A stretch of DNA of 64,000 bases from the NCBI GenBank assembly GCA_051439605.1, contig JBFRWN010000013.1:32001-96000 (forward strand). The letters run 5' to 3'. Both the position numbers and the translations under genes were made by a program. The notes under the pieces are model-generated. The model was given only the letters and a program-made list of their open reading frames with translations. It was not told the DNA's origin and made no database searches. This DNA comes from Synechococcus sp. GTDB taxonomy: Bacteria > Cyanobacteriota > Cyanobacteriia > Thermostichales > PCC-7336. Shown here piece by piece: positions 7,152 through 17,049 of this stretch (its first letter is position 1; each line of letters starts with the position of its first letter).

Positions 7152-9665
7152 ATGAATCACTCCCATCAAAAGTTCGACATCTGCCAACACATTCAGTTCG
7201 ATTCCAAAGGCCGTGCCATCTGCCCCAATTGCGCCCTCGACAAAGGCGATAGCTATCGCAAGAAAAATCTCTCCCTCGTCCCTGGCACGGACGGAGCCTA
7301 CAAGTGCCATCGCGGCTGCACCCCCGAACAAATCCGAGAGGCGCTAGGCATACGAGCAACCTGCACGGTCCCTATCGCCTTCGCTCAACCTTCCACTGCA
7401 TCGAACTCGGTAACCATCTCAGCTCGGCAAGTCGAACTCGCCCACCGAAAGCTACTCAGTCGCAACGGTCCTGCCAGAGCTTGGCTACGCGATCACGGCA
7501 TCCCCGACGAAGCCATCACCCGCTACCAACTGGGCATCGAACCCAAACGAGTTGGCAAACAAAAGCTCTGGGCTATTTCAATCCCCATCCCCACTGGCAA
7601 CGGCCAATACTATCGCAAGCTTCGAATTTCCCCGTGGCTTTCCCCAGAGCAACTTCCCACCAACTACCAACCCTGGAGCCAATACGGAGTCCCCGCCACA
7701 GTTTTCTTCACCCACAACCCACCAACCGCAACCCAAACCTACCTGTGCGAAGGCGAGTGGGATGCCATCGCCCTCGGCTGGCAGTTGCGCCATCAATCAG
7801 ACATAGCCGTCGCGACCTTCACCTGCGGCTGCGGCACAGTGCCTCATAAAGAAGTCTTGGATCGATTACCCGGCCAGGTCACCATCTTCTACGACCGCAA
7901 CGACAAACCCCTCAAAAACGGCACCATCCCAGGCGAAGCAGGAGCCCAGAAAGTCGCAGCAGCTCTGTGGGAACGCGCCCGAATTGCCCAAGTCCCGCAT
8001 CGCCCAGAACATTCCCACATCCACGGTTGGGACGTCTCCGATGCCCTCAACGCTGGCTTCACAAATGATAATTTCGCCAAAGCTGCTGCTCAAGCCGTAT
8101 CGCCCAGCTCTCAGCAGAAAAAGGTTGTACGTGCCTCAAATCCGCTGCGATCGCGCCTGGTCACCAACGATACGCTGCTGGATCGAGCTCCCGACTACAC
8201 GGAATGGCTCGTCCCCAACCTGCTTACGGCCAACGAACTCTTTCTATTAGCAGCCTCCCCCCGTGCAGGAAAATCTCTCCTTGCCATGACCCTGGCCAAC
8301 AGCGTCGCCAGCGGCCAGAAATTCCTCGACCGCCCTGTCACCCAAGGCTCGGTCCTCTACATCCGCTGCGAGGACAGCGAAACCAAAATCAAAGAGCGAG
8401 AAATTGCCCAAGGTTGGAGCAGGGGCCTACCCGTCTACTGGCTCGATCGCTTCAAGCTCTCCGAGCTCGACCAACTCAGAGAAATCGCCGAAGACATCGA
8501 ACCCCGCCTCATCGTTCTCGACACCCTCAGCCGCATTCGCGACGACGGTATCTCAGAATCCTCCGCAGAAATGTCCCGCTGTCTCGAGCCCCTGCAAGAG
8601 ATGGCCGAAGAACTCAATTGCTGCATCCTGCTCGTCCACCACACCGGCAAAGTCAAGCTCGACAATGCCGACAAGATCGATGTGTTCGAGACCATCCGAG
8701 GCAGCTCGGCCATAAGAGCCGTCTGTCGCGGCACTTGGGTGCTAGCAGCCGACGATAACCGCTCTTTTCGCCTCTGTGTCGAGCACGGCTACGGCAGAGA
8801 AGATTTGAAAATTCTTTTGGACTCCTCCACACTGCGATGGCGATCGTTGGGTCACTGGCAGCCAGCCGCAGTCAACGTCACCCAAGCCGAACAAGTCCTC
8901 GCCTACCTCAATCAAGCAGGCGAAGGCACGATAGATGAAATCCATGCAGCCACGGGCTTACCCAAGCGATCGCTCTACGTCGTCCTCTCCCGCCTCCACG
9001 CAGAGGACATGGTCAGCAAAGCAGGCAGCCGTCGCCGCATTGTTTATAAGCGCTTGGTCAAGCAACTTCAGCAGTTAGACGAAAGCCTGAGTAGCTCAAA
9101 CCAAGACTGGGCAAGCGATGTAGGCGAAAGTAGAGTTATCTCCGAGCCGCTAGAAAACCAAACAAACAGTGATTGTTTAATCCAACCCGCCAGGGAGCTG
9201 GAATTTGTTAGTTCAACGGCAAATTGGGCTTCAATCCCATATGGAGAAAGGGATACAGCTATTCAACAAGTATCTAACAACCATCTAACAAGCCCCAATT
9301 TGTTAGATGAAATTGACTCGGGCGATCTAAGTAACACAAAACCTGTACTTCTCCCCCCACCTCGAAGATCGCCAGTGAAACCTCAATTTGATAGAGGCGA
9401 CTCCGTGGAATTTTTCGACGGTGAAAGTTGGCTTTCTGCTATCTATTGCAGACCGCTCGGTAATTTCTACTTCTCTCCCGTCACCAAACAGCTTGAGGAG
9501 GCCCATCTAATTAGAACAAGAGGGGTTATTGATAGTGACGACTTACCTCGCAAGGTTGCAACCAGCGCGCTGCGTCCTCGACGGCAGAGCGTGACGGAAG
9601 CTCCGAATATTGCCAACAAGCCGAAACAGCAAAACCTTGAAATCGATATTCTGCGGAGGAGGTAG
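7152..9665 (+). CDS. Primase-helicase replication protein (Zn finger + TOPRIM + RecA-like AAA_25 + wHTH)
   Basis: CPNC...C-HRGC zinc finger, TOPRIM LCEGEWDA and YDRND/WDVSD, Walker A ASPRAGKS, Walker B LIVLDT, LLVHHTGK and RGSSA motifs. Confidence 0.9.
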   Translation: MNHSHQKFDICQHIQFDSKGRAICPNCALDKGDSYRKKNLSLVPGTDGAYKCHRGCTPEQIREALGIRATCTVPIAFAQPSTASNSVTISARQVELAHRKLLSRNGPARAWLRDHGIPDEAITRYQLGIEPKRVGKQKLWAISIPIPTGNGQYYRKLRISPWLSPEQLPTNYQPWSQYGVPATVFFTHNPPTATQTYLCEGEWDAIALGWQLRHQSDIAVATFTCGCGTVPHKEVLDRLPGQVTIFYDRNDKPLKNGTIPGEAGAQKVAAALWERARIAQVPHRPEHSHIHGWDVSDALNAGFTNDNFAKAAAQAVSPSSQQKKVVRASNPLRSRLVTNDTLLDRAPDYTEWLVPNLLTANELFLLAASPRAGKSLLAMTLANSVASGQKFLDRPVTQGSVLYIRCEDSETKIKEREIAQGWSRGLPVYWLDRFKLSELDQLREIAEDIEPRLIVLDTLSRIRDDGISESSAEMSRCLEPLQEMAEELNCCILLVHHTGKVKLDNADKIDVFETIRGSSAIRAVCRGTWVLAADDNRSFRLCVEHGYGREDLKILLDSSTLRWRSLGHWQPAAVNVTQAEQVLAYLNQAGEGTIDEIHAATGLPKRSLYVVLSRLHAEDMVSKAGSRRRIVYKRLVKQLQQLDESLSSSNQDWASDVGESRVISEPLENQTNSDCLIQPARELEFVSSTANWASIPYGERDTAIQQVSNNHLTSPNLLDEIDSGDLSNTKPVLLPPPRRSPVKPQFDRGDSVEFFDGESWLSAIYCRPLGNFYFSPVTKQLEEAHLIRTRGVIDSDDLPRKVATSALRPRRQSVTEAPNIANKPKQQNLEIDILRRR

Positions 9666-9669
9666 AGTG

Positions 9670-9918
9670 ATGGCTCAATCTCTAGAGCAAGAAATCGACA
9701 TCCATAACGATGTAATCCTTCCAGTTAAGGAAGCTGGCGAGTTTCTCAGGGCTAAGTTGGGAGAAGGCTACGGTGAAGAGTCTTTGAAACGCATGGTAAG
9801 GGAGAATGAGCTGACGCCCGGCATCCATTATTCTCAGCGACGCCCAAGAGGACCCATCGCGGTTAATTGCAGCAGAGTAATCCAATGGGCATTCTCTCAG
9901 TGCAGGGGCAACAAATAG
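9670..9918 (+). CDS. Small excisionase/HTH-like protein
   Basis: 82 aa from ATG 9670, with an LPVKEAGEFL...SLKRMVRENEL.PGIHY pattern of Xis/MerR-like winged helices. It is convergent on the integrase. Confidence 0.6.
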   Translation: MAQSLEQEIDIHNDVILPVKEAGEFLRAKLGEGYGEESLKRMVRENELTPGIHYSQRRPRGPIAVNCSRVIQWAFSQCRGNK

Positions 9919-9965
9919 CGAGTGGAATGTGTTCCCTAATTGCAAAACGGGCTTTGTAGAGACGT

Positions 9966-11048
9966 TCAGTCTAGATTCATTGCTCGATCGAGCCAAACTT
10001 TCTCACCAATAAATCGCCGATAGATTTTGTGATGGACCGAAGGAGCATGCCCCATCATTTGAGCTGCCAGGTCCGCGTTAGCGCCACGTTCCGCCCAGCG
10101 CCTAGCAGTACAGTGACGGAGGTCGTAGGGAAGCAAGCGATCTCCATTAGGTTTTTGAAAATCATGTTTTTTAAACCACTTACCTATCCTTTGTCCCAAT
10201 TGCTGCCGATTGGTACTTGTGGGCACCTCCCCCCTTAAATCCCATTCCGCTGCCCAAGTTTTATTGCTAGGAGCCACTCCTCGCGGTTTTCCGTTTTTGG
10301 CAACCAGTACAGTAACAATCGGATAGTCCAGAAATTCCAAAGAGGCGAGTTCGGAATTTCTGAGTCCGTAACACGCCATCAGTCCGAATAAGCGTTGCCA
10401 GAGGGGATCTTCGATACCGGCATAAGTATCCGCAATCCACTCATCAGGGGGGAGACTTCTGGGATTGACCTCCTGCAGCGAGTAATTTCCACGGTACGGT
10501 GCTAAGTCGCAATCAATTCCAGCAAATCGAGATAAGGTAGTCAGTCGCTCCACGGCTTTCTTGCGAGCACATGAATCCTGTTCCTTAGCCATCACCGCTT
10601 GCTCTAGCGCAAGTTCCGTCAAGGGAGTTTCCATCGGTAACTCCTTGAAGTAAGGCCACCAGTCAGCTCCCCAAGCTCGATGCGATCGCTTCCGCTGTCC
10701 CTCCCAGTGGTCGCGGAACAGATCCACCCATTCTTTGCAAGTTTCAGCAGGCTTTTTGGGTTTGGCCTTACGCCCTCGACTCCAATCTTCCCAACAAAAA
10801 GCACCGCTATCTAATTCGCGTCTGAGCCGTTGAGCAATCTTTTCTGCTGCTGCCAGCCCCGCTACTGTGGCCCGCTGTCCGGTCGACACACTCTGTTGGT
10901 GAGGACGCTCTTTGGTCGAGCCTGGCTTGGGAGGCAATGTTGCTTGTATCCATAACCTCTCGCCTCGAACGAATAATCGGGCTGAATGGATTCTCAGGCG
11001 CTCATTTGCTTTGTCCAATTGTACGTAGAAATTGTACTTAATCGCCAT
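9966..11048 (-). CDS. Tyrosine recombinase / integrase
   Basis: YGLRNSE (catalytic R), K in AKNG, YDLRH, MMGH..VH..IY catalytic motifs. The N-terminus LWIQATLPPKPGS is cyanobacterial integrase-like. The gene is adjacent to the tRNA 3' end. Confidence 0.92.
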   Translation of the reverse strand: MAIKYNFYVQLDKANERLRIHSARLFVRGERLWIQATLPPKPGSTKERPHQQSVSTGQRATVAGLAAAEKIAQRLRRELDSGAFCWEDWSRGRKAKPKKPAETCKEWVDLFRDHWEGQRKRSHRAWGADWWPYFKELPMETPLTELALEQAVMAKEQDSCARKKAVERLTTLSRFAGIDCDLAPYRGNYSLQEVNPRSLPPDEWIADTYAGIEDPLWQRLFGLMACYGLRNSELASLEFLDYPIVTVLVAKNGKPRGVAPSNKTWAAEWDLRGEVPTSTNRQQLGQRIGKWFKKHDFQKPNGDRLLPYDLRHCTARRWAERGANADLAAQMMGHAPSVHHKIYRRFIGEKVWLDRAMNLD

Positions 11049-11148
11049 GCTGCGAAGTATGGGCGCGGTATGGCTTCGATTCTATGCCAATATTGCCAGA
11101 TTGCAGATATAGCAACGGCTTGAGAATATTTGCGATCTCTGAAAGTCA

Positions 11149-11221
11149 AGCTGGTGACAGGACTTGAACCTGCGACCGGCTGATTACAAATCAGCTGCTC
11201 TACCAACTGAGCTACACCAGC
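11149..11221 (-). tRNA. tRNA-Thr (TGT)
   Basis: Reverse complement is GCTGGTGTAGCTCAGTTGGTAGAGCAGCTGATTTGTAATCAGCCGGTCGCAGGTTCAAGTCCTGTCACCAGCT. Acceptor stem, D arm, anticodon arm GCTGA-TTTGTAA-TCAGC and TTC T-loop are present. CCA is not encoded. Confidence 0.97.
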
Positions 11222-11322
11222 AAAGCATTCATAACGTTATCACAGTCAGTCTACCGACCCAACACCTTTTCCAATCCACAGTGGCAAATTTGGCAGCAGG
11301 CAAGAATCCGTTGAGTTTACTG

Positions 11323-11859
11323 CTATTGAGTGGAATGGGTTTCTTCCTCTAGCTCCATAAACCGATATTGCACGGCCCCGGTCACCAAATCGTTTTCGAT
11401 GTGAGCGTATCCTCGACGTTCTAACTCTCGGAATGCTTCCTCAATATCGTCGAAATCCGCCTCTTCAATTTCGGCGATCGCCGCTGTTACTGATAACACC
11501 CCTTGACGGCGAGCGGCCATTTGAATCAAGCGCCGCATTAGAGGCTGCCCCTTCAAGGGTTCGGATGGAGCCGGTCGATAAATAGGCCACTGTTGAGCAG
11601 AACCTCGGGCCGCTAGACCTTCTAACCGGAGGTTGTAGTCATTCACCATCTCGGGAATCAAGAATAAGTCGATCAACTGTCCGATGAAAAAGCAGCCAAA
11701 CGTGCATAGCCACACCCCTCCCGTGATGTTTTTGCCTAGATAGAATCTGTGAGCTCCATTAATGCCGAAAAAGGTTAGGAACCACAGGGCGTAGGCGGTC
11801 ACTAAATTGCGCCGCTGTAGAGGTTGAATTGAAGTGGACTTAGAGTCTGGATAAGACAT
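11323..11859 (-). CDS. TM2-domain membrane protein
   Basis: AYALW..FFGINGAHRFYLGK...G..WL.T.G...IGQLIDLFLIP TM2 signature, plus a C-terminal wHTH-like region. Confidence 0.85.
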   Translation of the reverse strand: MSYPDSKSTSIQPLQRRNLVTAYALWFLTFFGINGAHRFYLGKNITGGVWLCTFGCFFIGQLIDLFLIPEMVNDYNLRLEGLAARGSAQQWPIYRPAPSEPLKGQPLMRRLIQMAARRQGVLSVTAAIAEIEEADFDDIEEAFRELERRGYAHIENDLVTGAVQYRFMELEEETHSTQ

Positions 11860-12150
11860 GCGAACCGAGGCAGTAACAGGGCATGTCGCTTAAGCAGCAT
11901 CTTACCGTTAAGGACATTTCTCAAGCAAAAACTCTCTCAGGAGTTTCGATCGCGCATTAAAACAAAATGGCCGCACTATACGGCACTACTATTCTAGTAA
12001 CCCACTACGTTTCCGGATGCGTAGGAGGAGCGATCGCTACCAAACTGTTATTTGCCGAAATTGTAGGGGTTGAATTCAGTAATTCTTAGGTAACTGGAAA
12101 CCTGCGAATACGACCCATTAAACAGTAATAAGGGTGAATAGAGATGTACT

Positions 12151-13287
12151 CAGGAGTTACGCATTGACAAAAACAGTTAAACATGGGCCAGTTGGAGGTT
12201 TGGCTGAAACTGCTGAACAATGAACTGGCGAACCGTCTGCAAATGTAAAGTCCACTGCAACTGGTAGAGATTGTCGTATTGACCGTTGGAATAAGCCAGC
12301 GATAGTTCACAAAAAGCTCGTAGGCAGCAAAACACATGCGTACCGATCGCCGCTGCGATCCGAACTCGAAAGCGAGTCAGACCACACAGTTGTTTGAGTG
12401 CTCGATGGAAACACTCAATCCCCCAGTGCAATTGTCGGAGTTCCTCAAAAGCTTCGAAACTGAACGCCTCCAGTTCTGCAGCAGTCGGACACCAAACGAG
12501 GTAGTAGCGCAACACTCCGTTTTTGAAGGATTGACTAAAAACCTTGACAGGCCCGATCCCCTTGAGGTGAACCAACAATCCTTGAGCTGGGATGGTCAGA
12601 GTCTGCACTTGGACATAAGGTTTTCCATCCACCGATACGAGTCGGTTTTTGCCAATTCCCATCAGAACCGTCAGGTTCTGGTCTTTCAGAAACCGTAAAT
12701 TCTGGCGACTGGCATACCAAGCATCAGTGGTGATGCTGGCTGGAACTAAGCCCCAAGCGAGCAATTCAGCCACCATTTCGCGAAAATAGTCGTTCTTGCT
12801 TTTCTCCTCCCGTTTGTCATAAAGCCGATAGTTCACTGGCACTTGGACACCGGTCGGGTCAGTGTAGTACAGCGTAATCAAGGGAATGCCTCGTAGCACC
12901 CGGCGCTCTTTGTTGGACCAGTAATAGCCAACTAATTCTGTCGACTCCACCTGAGAATAAGGCTTCTCGATCAAGGTGTCATCGCCACTAAGTACCCCCC
13001 TTTTAGTTCAATCGAAGGTAAGACTGCTTCGAAGAGATCCTTGGGTTCGTAAGTCTCTCGCACCAGAAAACGATTGACACTGTCGTGAGAAACCTCGTGG
13101 TCAAATACCGTGGCGAGGCGGTTGCAGCCACTATGTTTGGGCTCTGCCAATAAGAATGCTGTGTAGATATCAATAGTGCATTTGGCAGTCGATGGCTTCG
13201 TCAGTTCTCTCACTGGCAATTCGTGAAGGAAGGCAGCTTGAATTATCTCACCCACAGAGCTACTCTTCTGTCAATGCGTAACTCCTG
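12151..13287 (-). mobile_element. IS701-family insertion sequence
   Basis: Perfect 19-bp terminal IRs CAGGAGTTACGCATTGACA (12151-12169 and 13269-13287). The 5-bp target duplication GTACT is at 12146-12150 and 13288-13292. Confidence 0.93.
12177..13255 (-). pseudogene. IS701-family DDE transposase split by a -1 frameshift
   Basis: Two overlapping ORFs, 12971-13255 (SHDSVNRFL) and 12177-12974 (TTDAWYAS, HWGIECFHRALKQLCG), join at an AAAAGGGGGG run near 12995-13004. Confidence 0.8.
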
Positions 13288-13365
13288 GTACTGAGTGGTT
13301 AACCCACGTCTGTTAAATAGCTCGTTGCCTTGATTTCGAAACAGGATTCTATCCCGAATCGCCTA

Positions 13366-14265
13366 CTAACCCACCGCAGTAACTTTGTTGGACTCAGCCT
13401 TCTTCAGCAAGGGGAATCCCAACTCCTCCCGCTGTGCCAGATAGGCGCGGGCTACCCGACGAGCCATCGACCGTACGCGGTCAATATAACGATTGCGCTC
13501 CGTGACCGAGATAGCCCCACGAGCATCCAGCAGATTAAAGGTGTGGGAGCACTTGAGCACGTATTCGTGGCTGGGCAAAACCAGTCCCTGCTCCAATAGC
13601 TTTAACGCCTCTTTCTCATACAGCCCAAATAACTCGAATAGAATCTCGGGGCTCGACGCTTCAAAGTTGTAATGACAATGCTCGATTTCCCCCTGAAGGT
13701 GCACATCCCCATAGGTATAGGAATCGTTCCACTGAATTTTGACAATTGCATCTACGTTTTGCAGGTACATTGCCAACCGCTCTAACCCATAGGTGATCTC
13801 GATCGAGACGGGCTTGCAGTCAATGCCACCGCATTGTTGGAAATAAGTGAACTGGGTGATTTCCATGCCATCCAGCCATACTTCCCACCCTAAACCCCAG
13901 GCTCCTACCGCTGCGTCCTCCCAATTGTCCTCCACGAAGCGGATATCGTGTTCCTCCGGCTGAATTCCCAAGGCCCGCAGAGAATCGAGATATATCTCTT
14001 GAATGTTGTCGGGGGAGGGCTTAATTAGCACTTGAAATTGGTAGTAGTGCTGAAAGCGATTGGGATTTTCGCCGTAGCGGCCATCGGAAGGGCGACGGCA
14101 GGGTTCGACGTAGGCGATGGACCAGGGTTCGGGGCCAATGGCGCGCAAAAACGTATGGGGGCTTTTGGTACCCGCTCCCGTTTCAGTGTCGTAGGGTTGT
14201 GCGATTAGACAGCCGCGATCGCTCCAAAATGTCTGTAACGTCGCAATGGTTTGCTGAAAATTCAC
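13366..14265 (-). CDS. glyQ: Glycyl-tRNA synthetase alpha subunit
   Basis: [42 protein letters not shown]. Probable GTG start at 14265. Confidence 0.97.
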   Translation of the reverse strand: MNFQQTIATLQTFWSDRGCLIAQPYDTETGAGTKSPHTFLRAIGPEPWSIAYVEPCRRPSDGRYGENPNRFQHYYQFQVLIKPSPDNIQEIYLDSLRALGIQPEEHDIRFVEDNWEDAAVGAWGLGWEVWLDGMEITQFTYFQQCGGIDCKPVSIEITYGLERLAMYLQNVDAIVKIQWNDSYTYGDVHLQGEIEHCHYNFEASSPEILFELFGLYEKEALKLLEQGLVLPSHEYVLKCSHTFNLLDARGAISVTERNRYIDRVRSMARRVARAYLAQREELGFPLLKKAESNKVTAVG

Positions 14266-14441
14266 CGTAAGTCTCCCTTCCGACCCACAACTATTCCGGC
14301 CCAGCAATTGGGCCTTCATTAACCTAGCTCAGAACTTCACCTTTACCTGCAGAAACCCGCAAGAAACGGAGTGGCTCTATCTCGAATTCCAGTTAGCGTT
14401 GGTTTGAATCGCACATAATTCGAATTCAGAGCCAAGTGGGC

Positions 14442-15380
14442 TTAGACAATTAGCTTCCTTTCTAGCCACTGCACCACCTTGGTTCCCAAATCCTGTTGAT
14501 TTAGCTGTGCCATTTCCTTCAACATGGTTGGGCTGGTGACATTCACCTCCGTCAACCGCTCCCCAATTACGTCAATACCCACAAAGTAAAGCTTGTGCTC
14601 CTTTAAGACCGGAGCAATCTCCGCACACATCTGCCGTTCTCGCTCGGTGATGCCCACCGCTGCCACGCTACCGCCAGCGGCAACATTACCGCGAAAATCC
14701 CCCAGCCCTGGAAGGCGATTGACTGCCCCCAGAGGCTCTCCTTCCAGCAACAAAATCCGTTTATCGCCCTGTTTGGCCGCAGGCAAGTATTCCTGAACGA
14801 TGACAGGCACCTGCCCAAAACCAGTGCTGACTTCGATCAAGGAGTTGAGGTTGCGATCGCCTGGCTCCAGCACAAACACCCCTTCCCCCCCTTTACCATC
14901 TAGCGGCTTGAGCACTGCGCGATCGCGATCGGCTAAAAACTCCAGCACCGTTTGCTTATCGCGGGTAACCAGCGTCTCGGGGACCCAGTCGGTAAATTGC
15001 AGGGCAAACAACTTTTCATTGGCCACCAGCAAACCGGCGGGGTCGTTCAACACCAAGGTTGAGCCACCGATTAATGTCAACAGCTGTACTGCAGTCACGT
15101 AGGCAGCATCTACAGGAGGGTCCTTACGCATCCAGACGGCATCCATCTGGTTCAAGGACAGTTTTTGTCGGGCTACCACCCGATACCAATCGGGTTGGCT
15201 GGGATTGAGATGTAACTGTTTTACCTCAGCCCAAGTGCCGCCTATTGCTGAATGGAGATCGGAGGATTCCAGTGCAAACACCTCGTGTCCGCGAGCCTGC
15301 AAAGACTCCATCAGAGCAACACTGGTGTCGTGGTGGGGTTGAAGACGGTCGAGAGGATCGACTACAAAGGCTACGCGCAC
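14442..15380 (-). CDS. gshB: Glutathione synthetase
   Basis: HDTSVALM, MRKDPP, NEKL, GDKRI, FRGN.A.GG, EVNVTSPT. Confidence 0.96.
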   Translation of the reverse strand: MRVAFVVDPLDRLQPHHDTSVALMESLQARGHEVFALESSDLHSAIGGTWAEVKQLHLNPSQPDWYRVVARQKLSLNQMDAVWMRKDPPVDAAYVTAVQLLTLIGGSTLVLNDPAGLLVANEKLFALQFTDWVPETLVTRDKQTVLEFLADRDRAVLKPLDGKGGEGVFVLEPGDRNLNSLIEVSTGFGQVPVIVQEYLPAAKQGDKRILLLEGEPLGAVNRLPGLGDFRGNVAAGGSVAAVGITERERQMCAEIAPVLKEHKLYFVGIDVIGERLTEVNVTSPTMLKEMAQLNQQDLGTKVVQWLERKLIV

Positions 15381-15383
15381 GGG

Positions 15384-15647
15384 CTAGGATAACTGCAACA
15401 TCGAATCGAGTTTACCTTGGCGATCGAGGGCGTGAATATCGTCACAGCCCCCCACGTGCACGTCGTTGATGAAGATTTGAGGAAGCGAGCGGCGACCGTT
15501 GGCCCGTTCGGCCATTTTGGCTCTAGCGACATTGTCGCCATCAATTTTGTATTCGGTGTATGTCACCCCTTTATCATCCAACAGGCGCTTGGCGCGAATG
15601 CAGTACGGACAGGTTTGCCAAGTGTAGATTTCGACGTTAGCTGACAT
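15384..15647 (-). CDS. grxC: Glutaredoxin 3
   Basis: CPYC active site and SLPQIFI...GGCDD. Lies 3 nt upstream of gshB. Confidence 0.95.
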   Translation of the reverse strand: MSANVEIYTWQTCPYCIRAKRLLDDKGVTYTEYKIDGDNVARAKMAERANGRRSLPQIFINDVHVGGCDDIHALDRQGKLDSMLQLS

Positions 15648-15768
15648 ACGAATGGGGGTTGATTTCCATTACAAACTATAACTTATGTAACGGAATTTCT
15701 CTGTGCTGCCTGTAGCAATAGCACCTATCCTCTCAGTTGTTTACATCAACAATTGTTTATCCCTATTA

Positions 15769-17049
15769 ATGCTGGATTGTTTCCTCGTTTCCCCTTATCA
15801 CACGGGTTCCCACGCAGCTTGGGCACAAGGCTACATCGATCGCAGCACATTCCAGATCGACCTGATATCGATGGCAGGTCGCTTTTGGAAATGGCGCATG
15901 CAGGGAGGCGCTCTGGAACTGTCTCAGCAGGTGATCCACCACTGCCAGTTCAGCAAGGTTGAACGCCAAATCAGTCAAGACAAGAGGGCCGAGAGATACA
16001 GACAACCCGACTGTCTTTGGGTAACAGACATGACCAACCTGCCCGCCTTGTTAGCCCTCGCCCGCCCCTATCTGGATGGCGTTCCGATCCTGTACTATGC
16101 GCACGAAAACCAACTCACCTATCCCACTCCCCCTGGCGAGAAACGAGATTTAACCTATGCAGCCATCAACTTACTGAGTATGGTGACTGCCGATGCGATC
16201 GCCTTTAACAGTCACTACCATTTGCAGGAATTTTTTGACGAATTACCTCGCCTGCTGAAGCATTTTCCTGACTACAATCACCTAGATGCAATCCCAAAAC
16301 TGCAAGCCAAGAGTCAAGTCTTGCCGGTGGGGCTCGATCTGCACAAATTTGACCCCTACGAAAAAACACCATTCACCCAAAAGGGATCGTTACGCATTCT
16401 CTGGAATCAACGGTGGGAGTACGACAAAAATCCATCTGAATTTTTTCAAGCCCTATACGAGCTGGACAAAGCAGGTGTCCCGTTTGAAGTGGTGGTGGCG
16501 GGGGAAAATTTTCGCCAACAACCGGCTGAATTTGCCGAAGCCCGACGCAGGCTGGGCGATCGCATCGTTCATTTTGGCTATGCCGACACCTTGACCTCCT
16601 ACGCACAACTTTTATTCAATTGCGATGTGGTGGTATCCACCGCTCACCACGAATTTTTTGGGATTAGCGTGCTGGAGGCCATGTATTGCCACTGCTATCC
16701 CCTGTTGCCAAACCGCCTCAGCTATCCAGAACTTATTCCTCAGTCGCTGCAGCCCGAACATCTGTACGACACATTCGAACAGCTCTGCGATCGCCTCAAG
16801 TGGGCCGCCCATCACTTAAATCGGGTTCGCGAAAGCAGTTTGCGATCGGTGGCATTGGAATACGAGTGGCACACCCTAGCTCCGCGATACGATGCCGTGA
16901 CAGTCGAACTTATCCAGTCCTCCCGCAAGGGGAAGTCGATTCAATCACAGCGGGATACATCGCAGCGGCAATGGAAGAGGACTAGCTGCCGCCCCCAAGG
17001 GGATGCCGAGCTGCAGCACCGGGGGACCGGGGAAATGCTTCAGGGGTAG
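15769..17049 (+). CDS. GT-B glycosyltransferase with DUF3524 (GTDC1/QTMAN-like) N-terminal domain
   Basis: TGSH..W, GRFWKWRM.GGA, HENQL.YP, FNS..H, ILWNQRWEYDKNP, STAHHEFFG.S.LEA, LLPNRLSYPE. Confidence 0.85.
   Translation: MLDCFLVSPYHTGSHAAWAQGYIDRSTFQIDLISMAGRFWKWRMQGGALELSQQVIHHCQFSKVERQISQDKRAERYRQPDCLWVTDMTNLPALLALARPYLDGVPILYYAHENQLTYPTPPGEKRDLTYAAINLLSMVTADAIAFNSHYHLQEFFDELPRLLKHFPDYNHLDAIPKLQAKSQVLPVGLDLHKFDPYEKTPFTQKGSLRILWNQRWEYDKNPSEFFQALYELDKAGVPFEVVVAGENFRQQPAEFAEARRRLGDRIVHFGYADTLTSYAQLLFNCDVVVSTAHHEFFGISVLEAMYCHCYPLLPNRLSYPELIPQSLQPEHLYDTFEQLCDRLKWAAHHLNRVRESSLRSVALEYEWHTLAPRYDAVTVELIQSSRKGKSIQSQRDTSQRQWKRTSCRPQGDAELQHRGTGEMLQG

Larger units (their letters stand above)
551..11148. 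mobile_element. tRNA-Thr-integrated genomic island (integrative plasmid/satellite-like); left boundary not found in the window
   Basis: Integrase abuts the tRNA 3' end, with xis-like, primase-helicase, RHH and accessory cargo genes. No second copy of the tRNA 3' end (att) was seen by eye. Confidence 0.8.

Noticed and set aside
1..11148. Second att site for the tRNA-Thr island
   Set aside because: No duplicate of the tRNA 3' end was found by eye. It probably lies left of the window or has decayed, so the left boundary is not called.
10994..11352. ORFs 10994-11206 and 11164-11352
   Set aside because: They overlap the tRNA-Thr gene and are spurious.
13366..14265. glyQ without adjacent glyS
   Set aside because: Separated glyQ and glyS genes are common in cyanobacteria, so this is not unusual.
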